Assembly (NCBI RefSeq): GCF_006345805.1
Contig: NC_043020.1
Location: 27,590,001-27,654,000 of the forward strand
Direction: 5' to 3'
DNA: 64,000 nucleotides
Origin: Octopus sinensis
Lineage: Eukaryota
Below, piece by piece: positions 36,356-50,960 of this stretch; the stretch's first letter is position 1, and each line of letters begins with the position of its first letter. The translations under genes and the position numbers were made by a program. The notes beneath the pieces are model-generated. The model was given only the letters and a program-made list of their open reading frames with translations. It made no database searches and was not told the DNA's origin.

Positions 36356-36833
36356 CTAATCATGTCAAAGGGAAATGGAATTTAATTAAAATCAAAGCAT
36401 TCAATCAAAATTTACGTTTCCAGTGGCCTAACGTGCAAAAAAAAATTGGTCAAGAAGACTATATATTAGTCATACGATATAGTGTATATTTAAACACATA
36501 AGGACTCCACTTACAGGGAATTCAGCACGCTAGAAAGAACAGCTAGGTTCTGTAAACCACAAAAATAACGGATAAAATTCGACAGGAATAAATTTGGAAG
36601 ATGGTAAATGTTTTTCATTTCCAAATATATATATACATATATATACATAATCACGAGTAGATGCGTGAAGCGGTGGATGCAAAGAATATGAACTTGAGAC
36701 AAAACCAAGAATGTTTGAGAGACATTTGAAACTTTCTCCAAGACAAAATACTGTGAAACGCCTCTACAGATATAAATGTATCTCTAACATACTTGAATTG
36801 GTCTTAAGGTTATATATACATACATAAGGTGTG

Positions 36834-36870
<37 letters not shown>

Positions 36871-37228
36871 TATCATATGGGTGACATGAATTCACAACCC
36901 AAGTACATATACAACATAAAGGTGTAGTGCTGATGTATATATATATGTGTGTGTGTGTGTGCATGCGTCGGTACATTGCACAAGTATCATAGCAATTACG
37001 GCCACATTTCGGCAAAATAAATAACATGAAGTGATATCCTGATAACCCAGTGCTTCTATCATGTGGCAGGATACGGACATTGTAGCTTTGTTGTGTATAT
37101 ATACAAAGAGGTGTAGATAGTGCTTACGATGCCATAAGAATAATATCCAACATCACATACATGCAGTTGCATATATATACATATATTATAATTATCAAGT
37201 ACTCACCCCGAATTTCTATATATATATA

Positions 37229-37309
<81 letters not shown>

Positions 37310-39084
37310 CATATATATAGATATATATATATATATATATGCATGTATTTATATTTATCTCATAAAGGCAGTGTATAAGCAGCAGAGTTACCAGTTACTA
37401 CACCATCTAGAAATATCAGTATATGTGTCTATATATATATATGTATATATATATTATGGACATCCTTGCCACAAATATATAAAGAGATGTCAATAACTTA
37501 TGCAATAAAGATTGTCATATCAAAACATTGAATTTTGGACCAACACAACGAAGCCATATGGATATCATTATTATCAATATGATTATTATTATTATTAAAA
37601 TTGTGTTTGAAGACAGGTTCATGTGTCTAATATCTCAGGTGTCAATTCAAATATAATCCACATAGAGATTTACAGTGAATACACCTGGTTATATATTATG
37701 CTTATATTATATCATATTGGTGCTTATAATGAATCTTGATCGATATGAAGATCGATATTATAGACAAAGAGTCTATACCCCTAAAATGTTTATATACAAT
37801 ATATTCTTTACTATTCTTCTGCTGGTTTCAGCCCTTCGACTCTGGTTATACTGGGGGTACTTTCCCCTATGGTACCCCAGTTAGTTATATCTTTCTTCTT
37901 ATTAAGCTTTTTTCATTTTATGGACCTCCCACAACTATTATTACTAAAGCTTTTAACCATTTCCATAAACCATGTTTCTAACGGTAAATATTTAAGTTCT
38001 AAGTTTTCGAATACTAATTTTGAAAACAATTATGAATTTCCAGAGATTTAATAAATTAAAATAAAGATACCTAACATTTTTCATCAATTTGGTTTAACGA
38101 ATGCTTCTTTCATAAAAATTATGACAGAAGTTTTTTTAAGTTTCTTTCCCGTTTAGTATGAAAAACTTTCCAAACGGATGGTTTTGTTACCAAAGAATGC
38201 GAGATAGCTTCCGGCTATTTTCGTATCCAAATGGTTTTATGATTGTCAATATCGTTTCAAGAACATTCCGACCATATATTGGACATTTTTTTTCTTTTGG
38301 AATTCAAGGGCTGGGCAGAAGGGCTTTGAGGGGAAAGAAAAGGGTGGAACAGTTTTTTACACTGGTTGTGTAGAGAGAACGTAAATTTTACTGAATCCGC
38401 AGAAATAATTTCATATTATATTTGATTGTGACTCGTTTGTAATGAACATTGGTAATTAGTTAAATCTTCTCATGGTACCATTTAACATGTATAATGCATG
38501 CATCATCATTCCTTCATGTTTTTTTGATTTGCATTATTGAATTCATTAACGAAGAATGGTATTTGGTATTCAGTACTATTGTGGGGCTATGAGAACATTC
38601 AACCAACACATAATTATTTCACTGGACCAATATACCAAGGAGATATTTATATATATATATACACACATATATATATACATTTATTTGATATCAAGCCTCA
38701 TATCTGTACAGTTCTGATCCTAATGCTTACATGCACACACATGTGAGGGCTTACAAATTTCTGGTTTGGTACCCAGGTGTGTGCACATGGTAACTTTCTG
38801 ACTGGCCATAACGAACTACTACATACAATACAGGTTTACAATTTTGGCAAAAAGCCAGCAATTTCGTTGGTGTTGGTGGGAAAGGGGGCTAAGTTAGTTA
38901 CATCGACCCCACCCAGTGCTCAAATGGTACCTATTTCCAAAAAGTGTGGCTGGTCCTACATAATCTTTCTCCACCGTTGAAGACAAATCATCCCTAAGGA
39001 TATTCTAATGACTATAACACAGGCTATTGGGCCTTCATATATCAAAACCGATGGGTGAAGAATTTCTCTATCTATCTATTTATC

Positions 39085-39385
39085 TTAGTGGTTAGGGCAT
39101 TTGGCTCATGATTTGTAAGGTTGTGAGTTCAATTCCTGGTGGCTCATTGTATCCTTGAGCAAGACACTTTATTTCATGTTGCTCCAGTCCATTCAGCTGG
39201 CAAAAATTAGTTGTACCTGTATTTCAAAGGGCTCTGTGTCACGCTGAATCTCCCTGAGAACTATGTTAGGGGTAAGCATGTCTGTGGATTGCTCAGCCAG
39301 TTGCACGTTAATTTCACAAGCAGGCTGTTCTGTAGATCGTATCAGCTGGGACCCTCGTCGTCGTAACCGACGGAGTGCTCCCCTT
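39085..39385 (+). mobile_element. SINE family D copy
   Basis: GTGGTTAGGG...GAGTTCAATTCC...CTTGAGCAAGACAC...CAGTCCATTCAGCTGGCAAAAAT. Confidence 0.7.
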
Positions 39386-39979
39386 TTTTTTTTATATATA
39401 TATTTATATGTACATTCACACATGCATACACACACGTAACGGGTAAGAAGAACTAATATTTGTTTTTTGGTAAACATATATTGAAACAAACATTAGCCAA
39501 ATTTGTTGTGGTCCAACAGCCTCAAAAAAGCTTTCCTTAGTTCTTGGTTGCTCAGAATGTGTATAATCTTTCCAAGAATGTATATATATATATATATATG
39601 TGTGTGTATATGCATTAGTTAGCAGTGTTCTCGACATGTCATAGGGCCATTAAGAGACAGGTAAGGAAGCTGGAGGGAGGAAAATGTCCTTCTTTGGGAA
39701 AATTGGCCTAAATTCTTGCACCGAAGGAGCCCCGGTGCTGGTTTGGAATTAAACCAGTGGGGTGACTAGTTGAGGCTTCTGCCCGAGAAATATATATATA
39801 CGGCCAGAATGGACATAATTTGTGACACAACACCACACAATTGTGAAACTCTAATGTGAAAGCGGTCAAGTGTATTCCTATATTTTAAAATATAATTAAA
39901 TTCTAATTAATTGTAATATATTCTCTGTGTATTTTCAACTTCGTTACTTCTATTCCTCCACCTGTTTGGATAAACAATT

Positions 39980-40013
<34 letters not shown>

Positions 40014-40018
40014 CATAC

Positions 40019-40049
<31 letters not shown>

Positions 40050-40147
40050 CACACACACACATATAAATACATACACATTTTTCTAACATCCACCTCTCAA
40101 TTAAAAAGCATACATATGTTTAATAAATATATGTATATTAAATGATT

Positions 40148-40226
<79 letters not shown>

Positions 40227-40289
40227 TGGGGGTTAAGTTCGTCAATTAACCTGCTGATAGATTTTACCTTGAATTCTTCATCAGGCAAA

Positions 40290-40585
40290 TGTGACTGGAC
40301 AGAGTGGTGCCACACTAGACAGTGGGGTGCGATACTGGACAGTGAGGGTCGCTTGGACAGTGGAGCGTGATGACACTGGACACGTGTGAGTGAATAGTGG
40401 AATGTGATGCTGGACAGTGTGGAGTGCGTGTGTGGACAGTGCTGCGTGGACACAATGGACATGTGAGTGGACAGTGGTGTGTGATACGGGACGGTGAGTG
40501 CGGCTGCAGCGACAGTAAGTGGAGTGAGTGGACACGTGTGATGGTGTGGTTTGATTTGGACAGCAAATAGAACTGGACAATGCGT
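40290..40585. repeat. Degenerate TGGACAGTG-motif minisatellite
   Basis: (T)GGACA(G/C) recurs about 12 times at ~20-bp spacing. Confidence 0.7.
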
Positions 40586-40640
40586 ATCACTGGTGTGAGA
40601 GAAAAAAAACATAAAAGTTATCATGTGTGAGAGAGAGAGG

Positions 40641-40709
<69 letters not shown>

Positions 40710-40904
40710 TCATTCAAAGTAGAATTATGGCGAAGATACAAGGACTCTAATTTAATGATGATGATGATGATGATGATGATGGCAGGGTAACAGTAATGAC
40801 AAGGGTAACAGTGGTATTAGTAGTAATAGTAGTAGTAGTACTAGAAGTTAACAATTTAACTAACAATAATAATAATAATAATATGATGATGATGATGATG
40901 ATGA

Positions 40905-41125
40905 TAATAATCCTTTCAACCGGAGGCCTCAGATTTGTGGGGTGAGGACTAGTCAATTATATTGACCCCAGTGTTTCACTGGTACTTAATTTATCGACCC
41001 CCGAAAGGATGAAAGGCAAAGTTGACCTTGGTGGAATTTGAACTCAGAATGATGTAGCAATGGGTGAAATACCGCTAAGCATTTCGTCCAACATGCTAAC
41101 GATTCTGCCAGCTCACCCACCTTAA
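40905..41125 (-). mobile_element. SINE family B copy
   Basis: GGATGAAAGGCAAAGTTGACCTTGGTGGAATTTGAACTCAG...ACGATTCTGCCAGCTC. Confidence 0.75.
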
Positions 41126-42871
41126 TAAAGCTGTTATCTCGTTTCAGTTTGTAAGCTGTAGCCATGCTGGAGCAACCACCATGATCATCAGTGTCACAGC
41201 GGCAAATGATAGATGAAGGTGACACTGCTATTATAATGATGATGATGATGATAATGACGATGATGATGATGATGATGAAGATGATGATGAAGATGATGAT
41301 GATGATAACAACAGTGATAATGATGATGTTTTTTTCGAATAAACGGAAAGATTAATTATCTTTCATTCTTTCTTTTTCTTTTTCTAGGGTGTGGTCGCCA
41401 AAGAAGGAAGGTTCTGATGAATATATTAGATTGATCCCGAATATAATAATGCTGGCGAATTAGAAATTACTTTATCAATTTCGTTTTGCCTAGTTCCAAA
41501 GTATTACGTTTCTTTAACGTAATATGTCTATAAAGGGATTTTGGCTTTCCAGATTTATACATACATTATATTATATAGATAAACATTTAACTTTAAAGCC
41601 TGCATCTATAACTTGAATTATTATATATTATATATACGCAGATAATATTTGAAGTCACTTTGACATGACTGTCTGTTCAAGTGGAATGTACTGTGATTTT
41701 TTAACCCCGAGAGGACATCTCCTCTAGCTGGTTGACAATTCACAGCTGCCTCCGATAAAATTGCGATTTAGGAAGCAAAACCCTAGACCGTCTTCTAACG
41801 ATGGTACCAGTAGACCAGTCCTGGTTTCAGACTGTTTCTGTCACTCCTCAGTACTGGACACTTCGTCCGCTAGAAATGATAGCAGCTCACTTCTGCACGC
41901 AATATATTTCAAGTGAACACAGTCACTGATTTTGCAACAAGCAAAAATGCTACTTCTAAAATCTCTCATATATATACATATATATATATATAAAATGATA
42001 ATGATATATCTATACGTAAATATGTGTGTATGTATGTATAACGCTTTGTGTTTTAAGAAAGTAACAGAAAAGAAGACAAGTGTGATGTTTATAATGAAAA
42101 ATTTTTCTATCATCATCATCATCATCATGTTGGTCATTCCTTCATGCGCTCGTCTTTTGTTGTTGTTGTTGTTGTTGTTTTAGACGTGTCTTACAAAAGT
42201 AAGGTACTCTTTCTCATGAACGAACACCCACCGAGTGCATTTCTTGCTCTCCCAGGATAGATTGGCGCCAACACACACACACACACACACACATGCATGC
42301 ATGCTCCCTTGGACGTGCACTCGCACAGTTAAGAGATCGACATTTATGCCAACGCACCGATTGACACGCACACATTTCGTGAGATCACAAGCCCCACACA
42401 CACACACACACACACACACGTATAATATATACATATATACACCCACATCTCATTGTCGTTTTTTTTCTTAACGCACCCACATCCACATTTTACACAGCTA
42501 ACATGCACAATGCACGTACGTGCATACCACACACACACACAAAATTATTTGTATGTACACGTATACCAAACGCATGGTATATCTATAATAATATCTGTAT
42601 GTAGGCAGCGGGTGCACCTGATTTGATATGCACGTGCAACAAGCACCGGCATACACACACACACACACACAGGTGTGCACACACATATATACATACATTA
42701 ATCAACGTGAGTCTGTTTTCCTTCTCCTCGAGGCCATACTGTAGCAGTAACGGCAGCAGCAACAGCAGCAGTAGTTGTAGTAGTAGTAGTAGTTATGGTA
42801 CTAAAATTGGTAGTTGTAGTAGTAGTGGTGGTAGTAGTAGAAGACATAGCTGTAGCAGAACACAGTAGTAA

Positions 42872-42902
<31 letters not shown>

Positions 42903-44204
42903 TGTAGTAATTCCTCTAGTGATGTGTGCTGTGTGTATTGTCCGTCCTCGTGGAGAGAATGTGACCGGCGTTTAAGATTGAATTGATGTGCATCACGAGC
43001 ACATGGTGGGCAGCATGAGGGTCCTTTAGGGTGTTACCAAACATGGACATCGTCTGTAGCGCTATGTTGGCCTGGAAAATAAAGAATGAAAAGATTAATA
43101 TATATATGTATATATATATAAAGTTAATCCAAACATGAAAACAAAGAGAAAACACAACAACGCGAGGACGTGGAACAAATATAGTATTATTGGATGCCCA
43201 GGAAGGAAGGGGAAAAGGAGGGTTTAACGTTTCGAGCGGAGCTCTTCATCGGAAACATAGGAGAAGGAAAGATCCAGAGAAGGGAAGACAGAGGAAAAAA
43301 AATCGCCAACGGTACACACGAGGTCACATTTTGAATATATATATATATGTGTGTGTGTGTATATGTATAGATATATGTATATATATATATGTATATTTTA
43401 AATTTTTGTAATTATGAGTATAATAAAAATTGGGGTTCAGCAAAAAATTTGCTTCACCACATACTGAAATTTAGAAATAGCAGCCAAGACTAGCTATTTC
43501 TCAACCATAAGAAAATGTCCCAGACAACAATACTCAACAACCCATGTAAGCAAAGAGAAAAAATAATGAATTCACTCGGCTTAGATTAACTGTGGGCGCG
43601 TTTCAGAGTTAGACAGATATGAAAAATGCAAAAACCATATGTGTGTATATATGTATATATATATAGTGAGAAAGAGAAACAGAGAGAGAGAGCAAGAGAG
43701 AGAAAAAGATAGGGGGTGAAATCAATACAGACATTTTGCATGTTATACATCAACATTTTAAGGTCCACTCAAAACAGACTATGGAACCTGGTGTGGGCCC
43801 CTGGACCTTGCCAGTTCCTGCCAAATTGTCCAACTCAGGTCAGCATGGAAAATGGATGCTAACCCTTTCGTTACCAACCCACTCGAAAAGGGTTCTGTCT
43901 CTAGTACAATTTTTTGCAATTTACTTAATCATTGACATTTTATTGTTATATTAATTTTAATATTTCTATTTTATGTAAATTTCTAGATGGTGTAATTTAT
44001 TTGTTCCTTTTGAATTGATAAAAGGTGGGTTTTTTCTAATTTATATATACATATATACATATTTATAATATTGTGTGAAATTTGACTTAGTTTTTCTAAA
44101 TTGAATTTTTTTCCTTGTAAGTTTGGATTAATATTCCCTCAAATAATAATAATTATATATATATATGTGTGTGTGTGTATACACACATACATACACAATG
44201 GGCT

Positions 44205-44487
44205 TCTTTCAGTATCCATTTATCAAAACCACTCAGAAGGCTTTTCTTGGCCCAGGGCTATACTAAAAGACATTTGCCCAAGGTGTCCTGCAGTGGGACT
44301 GAAGCTGAAACCACATAATTGCAAAGCAAGCTTCTTAACCACGGAGCCAAGCTTGCAGGCTTCTTTTCAGTTTTCTTCTCCGAAAATGCACTCACAAGGC
44401 TTTGATTGGCCCCAAGGTGTCCTGCAATGAGAGTGAACCCAGAACCATGTGGCTGGTAAGGAAGCTACTTACCACGCAGCCACTCCT
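44205..44487 (-). mobile_element. Two tandem family C SINE heads
   Basis: CCCAAGGTGTCCTGCA...ACCACG.AGCCA repeated twice. Confidence 0.65.
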
Positions 44488-44489
44488 AT

Positions 44490-44521
<32 letters not shown>

Positions 44522-47306
44522 TTAATTGATTATCATAAGTCAAAAGACCCATCTTATCCTAAACGCACTATCAGACGTGTGTGTGTGTGTTGTGTATGCA
44601 TGTGTATGTGTGTGTCCGTATGTCTGTAGTATGGAGAAGGAGATGAACAGTAGAATAGTGAACGTAAACAAGTATAACGATAATAATGATAGGTACTTGT
44701 AAATCTTGTAAACACCCACAAAACCAATTTTCACACACGCATACACACACACACGTACACACACGCACACACAAACACCGCATTGCATATACTCAGACAC
44801 GATCTAATGGTCTCTTTAAATTACCAGAATAATGAGTGTGTGGTGGTGGTGGTGTCGGTGATGGTGGTGGTAGTGGTGATAATGATGGTGGTAGTGGTGG
44901 TGTTGGTGTTGTCGGTGGTGGTGCTGGTTGTGGTGTTGGTTGTGGTAGTAATAATGCTCATTATAGCAGCGGTTTTGATGATGACGCAGGTGGTGGTGGG
45001 GATGGTAATTAAAGGAACGGGTAATTGGTGGTGGTGGTGGCAGTGATGACTGGGGGGTGGGGTTACTTGGCAGCTTTAACAGCAGGGGTGGCCACAGAGT
45101 AAAAAGAGAGAGAGAGAGAGAGAGAAAGAAAAGTGAAAGAAAGAGTGAGTTTTGTCTACTACAATTATCCAAGGCCATGAATGAGAGCCGCTACCTCGAC
45201 CCCAACCATTCATCCCACCCCACATGAAGCTTTCCTCTCGCCCAGCCACCACCCCTGCCCTCTACGCTGCGTAATATCTCTGACTCAATCAGTGTCAGTC
45301 CTACCTGGTCAGTACAGGTGAGTCAACAGGTGAATGATGCTGGTGGTAGCATTGGTAGTGGTGGTGTTGGTGGTGCTGTTAGTGGTGGTGTTGGTAGTAG
45401 TGGTGTTGCTGTTATTGTTATTGTTGATGATGATGATGATGATGGTGGTGTTGTAATTGTTTTGAACTAAACAGAATGCACAACAAAAAAGAAAATGAAA
45501 ATTTATTCTTAAAAAAAACCCCATAAACAACCAAACAAAAAAAAACATGATTATCTTTTAATCAAGAGGAACGACATTGTCTCTGATCCCTTTAAAAGAA
45601 GGAGGACAATATCCTCAAAGACAAAACCTGGTCTGAATACCTGCAACAGAATGGACTCTGCTGAAGGAACCCAAAGGACAAGGTGGGGTGTTAAGCCAGG
45701 GGATGTGAATACGAAGCTTCATAGTGTCCCTGGAGGATGATATTAGCTTTGTGTATGACTTGAAACCACATTTGGTAGTCAGAGCCCCGGTTTGGGGGTT
45801 CCAGGTTTTAGAGGTGTGTGGAACCACGTTTTAGCCACTGCTGTTCCTAAGTTTACTCTGACCTGGAACTGTAGTAAGTAGCATCTGTCAGGGGTCCCGT
45901 TGTTGAAGTCACGCGATGCTGCGTGGTGCGTGTGAGCTAGTTCAGCAGATGGACCAAACAAATCAATGGCGAGTATCGCCCGGTGCTGAGTGGACGAACA
46001 GACAAGAAAGCGGTCAATGGCCAAGATCAACCGGTTCAGTTGGCAAACTGCTGCAATTGCCTGTGGTCATGGTGTAATGCAGATGAGATATTTCGGCCAG
46101 CGAAAGGCCAATGTGACTAAAACTCAAGCCACATGGAACATGTGACTTGAATGACAGTGTTCATGGAGCATTGCTTGATTGGGACATGTGGTGAGGAAGA
46201 GTTGCATTGGCCCAGGGCAAGATGTCCAACCAGATGATTACTATGAGAGGACAGTTGCTACCTGGGAGGCAGGGATAAAGCAGTTATTGTAGAATTTGAA
46301 CTCAGAACGTAACCGCAGACGAATACCGCTAAGCATTTCGCCTAACGTGCTAACGATTCTGCCAGCTTACCTGCCAACCTCCCGACCCTGTTACCATTCG
46401 CTCATCATCTTTCAGTCCTTGAAAACATAGCAAAAGGATGCTGGATGGATTGGTTATACCCTGACGGACCGCTACATCGCCGCCAACGACACCACCAAGC
46501 CAGCACCACAAAATCTGACCACACCGCCCCCTCCAACCTCACATCCACCTCCACCGCAGTAGAAGTTAAGTTGTCATTATGCGGTCACCTTTACTGCACT
46601 GCACTGACCAACCAACACGAAACCGGCTACTACATCACCACCACCACCACCACCACCACCACCTGTACTAGCACCATGACCACCATCACTGTAACTACCA
46701 AATTCGACCTCGACTGCTCGGGGGGGGGGGGGGACATGACGATGGTGACGGCCTTCTTCGCCACCATCACCACCACCACCATCACCACAAATATCATAAC
46801 CATTAACAATCATCACAAATTAGCACTACCACCCCTTTCACGTCTAACCACCACCACCACCACCACAACTACCACCACTACCACCACAACTATCAAAGTT
46901 AGAACATCAGCATGGAGCGGAGGAGGAGGAGTTGAATAAATAAATAACAGTACATTTAAACCTCTCTCCCCTCCCCCTCCTCTCATACACACCGACACAC
47001 ACACATACATACATACTTACACACACAAATTTATATGGACTCATTGCATCCACACACACACACACATTAACATACACATGTATACATACTCGTGCACACA
47101 CACACATGTATACACTGACACAAACATGCACACAAACATATATACATACATGCATACACACACCAACACATTAACACACACACACTAACACACACACACA
47201 CGCACAGAGGCGTCTGATGTTGCCAAATTTTGGTTAAATGGTCAAATATCTTTAAATACTCAGTAAGTCACAACTGTCCATTGATCAATGGGACAGCAAC
47301 AAGTGC

Positions 47307-47339
<33 letters not shown>

Positions 47340-47517
47340 TTGTGGTTCGTTAAGTGCACTGGACTTTAACCCTTTCGTTAGCATATTTCTGTTGAAATAC
47401 ACTTTTGTTTCAATTAATTTCGATAATAACAAAGAACAGTTCTATATTTAAGAGATGAGGTATTATGTAAATTATTTACATTTGATGGATAATAATAATA
47501 ATAACATCGGAAAATAC

Positions 47518-47645
47518 CTTAGGAATGAGAACCCAAGTTCGAAATTTCCCCAAGACACCTGATGAAGGCTGGAGGGTAGATCAGCCGAAACGTTGTGTTA
47601 ACAACAGACAAGATGAGGACAAATATCCATCAAATGTAAATAATG
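47518..47645 (+). mobile_element. Family H1 hammerhead-containing tail, preceded by an inverted tail fragment (47448-47487)
   Basis: Matches 2245-2410. The upstream TTTAAGAGATGAGG...TTTACATTTGATGGAT is the reverse complement of the tail end. Confidence 0.8.
47555..47598 (+). ncRNA. Type I minimal hammerhead ribozyme, intact core
   Basis: Stem I acac/gtgt; CTGATGA; extra A; stem II ggctg/cagcc; GAAA; palindromic loopless stem III AACGTT; predicted cleavage triplet GUU. Confidence 0.7.
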
Positions 47646-47984
47646 AAGAATTTAGCAAAATAACTTTAGTTATCATTATTCAAGTTAGTGTTTGGAACAC
47701 AAATTAACATGAATTTTTGATGAGAAGTTTTAATTGGGATTGATTTCAAATGCTACTGAGCACTTTTCTCTCTGGAACAGTAATGAATTCTGCTAGTTTG
47801 CCGCCTTGGCAATTATCAAAATTGTTCGTTGTAAATAGCTGACACCAAATATCTTTATGTCTGGCAATAAATATTACAGTTAAGTATTTATTTCTTTATT
47901 GCCCACGGGGGGGGGGGGGGGGGGCTAAAAAAAGTGGGGGACAAACAAGGACAGACAAAGGGATTAAGTCGATTACATCGACCC

Positions 47985-48132
47985 CTAGTGCATAACTAGT
48001 ACTGATTTAATTGATCCTGGAAGGATGAAAGGCAAAGTCGACCTCGGCGGAATTTGAACTCAGAACGTAATGGTAGACGAAATACCGCTAAGCATTTCGC
48101 CCGGCGTGCTAACGATTCTGCCAGCTCGCCAC
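47985..48132 (-). mobile_element. SINE family B copy
   Basis: GGCAAAGTCGACCTCGGCGGAATTTGAACTCAGAACG...CTAACGATTCTGCCAGCTCGCC. Confidence 0.8.
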
Positions 48133-48289
48133 CCTACAGTTAAATATTCGTGAAGAAGCAAAGGAATATATCGTTGATGACCAGCTCAACACAAGCAACA
48201 AACAAACATACGTGACACTTGGATTGGATTAATCTCAAACACCAAGTTGTACAAAACAAATTGAGGGCAGCATAAATGTAAAGGTGTAG

Positions 48290-48660
48290 CTGTGTTTTAA
48301 GAAATATGCTTCCCAATCACATGGTTCTGGGTTCAGTCCCACAGCATGGAACCTGGGGCAAATATTTTCTACTACAGCCCCAGGCTGACCAAGGACTTCT
48401 GAGTTGATTTGGTAGATGCAAACTGAAAGAAACCCAATCTGTCTGTCCGTCCATCTGTGTGTGTGTGTCTTTGTGTTGGTCCTCACCGCCACTTGACAAC
48501 CAGTCTTGGTTTGTTTACATCCCCGTGAGCAAGCAGTTCGGGGGAAAAAGGGGCCGATAGAACAAATCCCAGACTTAATCAAATAAGCATTTGGGTCGGT
48601 TTGTTCGACTAAAACCCTTTGAGGCAGTACTCCAGCGTGGCCGCAGTCCAATGAAACAAG
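48290..48660 (+). mobile_element. SINE family C copy with 3' module
   Basis: GGGTTCAGTCCC...GGGCAAAT...GGTAGATGCAAACTGAAAGAA...CCAGCGTGGCCGCAGTC. Confidence 0.7.
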
Positions 48661-48992
48661 CGAAAGATAAAATATAAAAAAAAATACAGTAATAAAGTAT
48701 TCAGAGTGGAAGAAGGATGGAGGTTGGCGTCTCGAAAAATGTGGGGCCCGTAGGATATGGCATGCGTGCATTTATATCTACACACAGACAGACACACAGA
48801 CATTAATCAAATTGTCCTTTGTCTCCCGTCTTCTTATGTCACAACATAAGAGCCAGATCCGATGTTGTTGATGCTGTTGTTGGCGTCATCGTTGTCGTTC
48901 ATGTCACAACATTGCATGTGGCAACTAAATGGAAAAATACCCAGACATCGACTCAGGCAGGAGTTGGGGCACGGGGTTGGTGGTGGCGGGGG

Positions 48993-49092
48993 NNNNNNNN
49001 NNNNNNNNNNNNNNNNNNNNNNNNNNNNNNNNNNNNNNNNNNNNNNNNNNNNNNNNNNNNNNNNNNNNNNNNNNNNNNNNNNNNNNNNNNNN
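48993..49092. other. Assembly gap (100 N)
   Basis: Run of N. Confidence 1.
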
Positions 49093-50387
49093 TGAACTCA
49101 GGACGTAACGGCAGACGAAATACGGCTACGCATTTCGCCCGGCGTGCTAACGATTCTGCCAGCTCGCCGCCTTACATACATATTCATAGGTGTACATGTG
49201 TGTGTGTGTGCACCCGTGTATGCGTGTGTTTGTGTAATGTATATGTATATCTATGCATTTGTATGTGCGTGCTTGAATATTTTATTAACGGATTTATGAT
49301 TTTTACACACACATTATCAAAAACAAAAAAAGATTTACGAGCAGTTAGGGCGATGAAAAGAGAACAGGATCTTTAATGAAAATATATAACCTGTAATTAT
49401 AATATTATTCTCGCGTTATAATTCTCTTTACGAAAACACCATTCAAAATATCTACTAGCAGTATCGCCCGGTGTTGCTCGGGTTTGTTTCGACCCTTTAG
49501 AATCGGAATTTTTGAAAAGTAAAAATTTTGCATTATGTAGCTTGTTATTCTCTTTAAGTGAACATTTTTTCTGGTTGAAATACACCGAAAAATGGCGATA
49601 CAGCAGTAAAAAATTATAAAAAATAGGCATTTTCATAGAAAAAAAGCACCTTTTTGATGTCAATAATTTTTGGTGCTAACATGGTCCGATTATGATAGAA
49701 GGCTTCTTCTATCATACTGTCAATTTTGGTCAACTTGCGCTGCAGGGTCTCGGAGGAGATAGTGCTAGTTGAAGGCTACCAAATCTGCCATACATAGACA
49801 ACCTCAGTTTTATATATAGAGAGATGAAAAAATGTATTCTTTATGGTAGTTAGTGATATCTCTTGCATGCCTTCCAGACTGACACGTACACAGACATTCC
49901 GAACGACGTCGGCGTCTTTCTCAGCGTTGTGCTGCGGTTATTGGGTCGTCCAGTCGGTGTCTTATCTCGAATGTTTATCACACGTACACTTCTGTATAGC
50001 ATGCGAGTCCTTCCTCTTTGCGTTGATGCCATGCTATGACTATCAGCCCAGTAATCGGAGCCTCGCAAATTCTTTATTGACTATGCATGGCAGCATGTGT
50101 GCCTCATCGCTTGACCCAGCAGAGATAGCTATGAGCGTTGGGGCGATTGGGAGCTGCTCTTTTGACGCTGGCTGTTTTGGCGCGGCTGAATGGATACTGC
50201 GTCGCTTTGGCGACAGTACTTTCTGGCGCTGGAAGCAAACATACGCATATACATATACGCACGTATAAATACAAACATGCACATACGCACGCACTCACGC
50301 ATTCGCAGAAATATGTACATATACACAGAGAATGAGAGAAAAAGAAAGAGAGCAACCTCTCTGTCTCTCTGTCTCTGTCTCTCTGTA

Positions 50388-50421
<34 letters not shown>

Positions 50422-50562
50422 TCTCGGTTGCAATTATCTTACAAACTACAGAATTTTCTCAAGAAAGCCAAGAGAAAAAGATGCTTTATAAACACATTCT
50501 ACCAGTATACGAAGTTTAAAATAGACCACCTAATCGAAGTTTAAAATAGACCACCTAATCTC

Positions 50563-50960
50563 AGGGTGTAGAATCTTAGCACCTGTAGAATATAAAGCAA
50601 GTATTTACACTGGAGAATATGTCGGCATTATAAAATCGAAACCGCTGACAAATGGTATAAACATCATCCTGAAGCTGTGACTGAGGGAGAAAATGTGTCG
50701 ACAAAACTATAAAAGCTAATAAACCGGATATTATTATAAAAGATCAGACAAAAAAGATGTGTTTATTAATTGACATGAGTATTCCTTGGCAGCTCAAGGC
50801 GACTACAGTACTAGTGATTGTAGGATCTCTAGGAATGATAAAAAAAGGGTACTGAAGCATATTTGAAACTGATACCAGGCTTACCATCCCCACAGGAAGT
50901 GCAGAAAATCGTGTTAACTGGAACGGCTCATGTACTGAGAAGAGCATTATCGCCGTGAAA
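50563..50960 (+). mobile_element. R4/Dong-like LINE 3' fragment with internal deletions
   Basis: GCRILAPVEYKA..LHWRICRHY..DKWYKHHPEAV..KTIKANKPDIIIKD...CLLIDMSIP..VIVGSLGMIKK...VQKIVLTGTAHVLRRALS* (PD..D RLE motif). Confidence 0.8.

Noticed and set aside
40255-40285. Minus-strand CCTGATGAAG
   Set aside because: No downstream GAAA or stems.
45779-46030. ORF with 'LAIDRF' resembling a GPCR DRY motif
   Set aside because: No transmembrane helices or other class A motifs; likely a decayed repeat or chance.
46445-46939. 164-aa Thr-rich ORF
   Set aside because: Mostly (ACC)n-derived. The unique N-terminal part could not be assigned to a family or to one reading frame.
48819-49376. 185-aa ORF
   Set aside because: Spans the N gap and SINE/microsatellite sequence; artefact.
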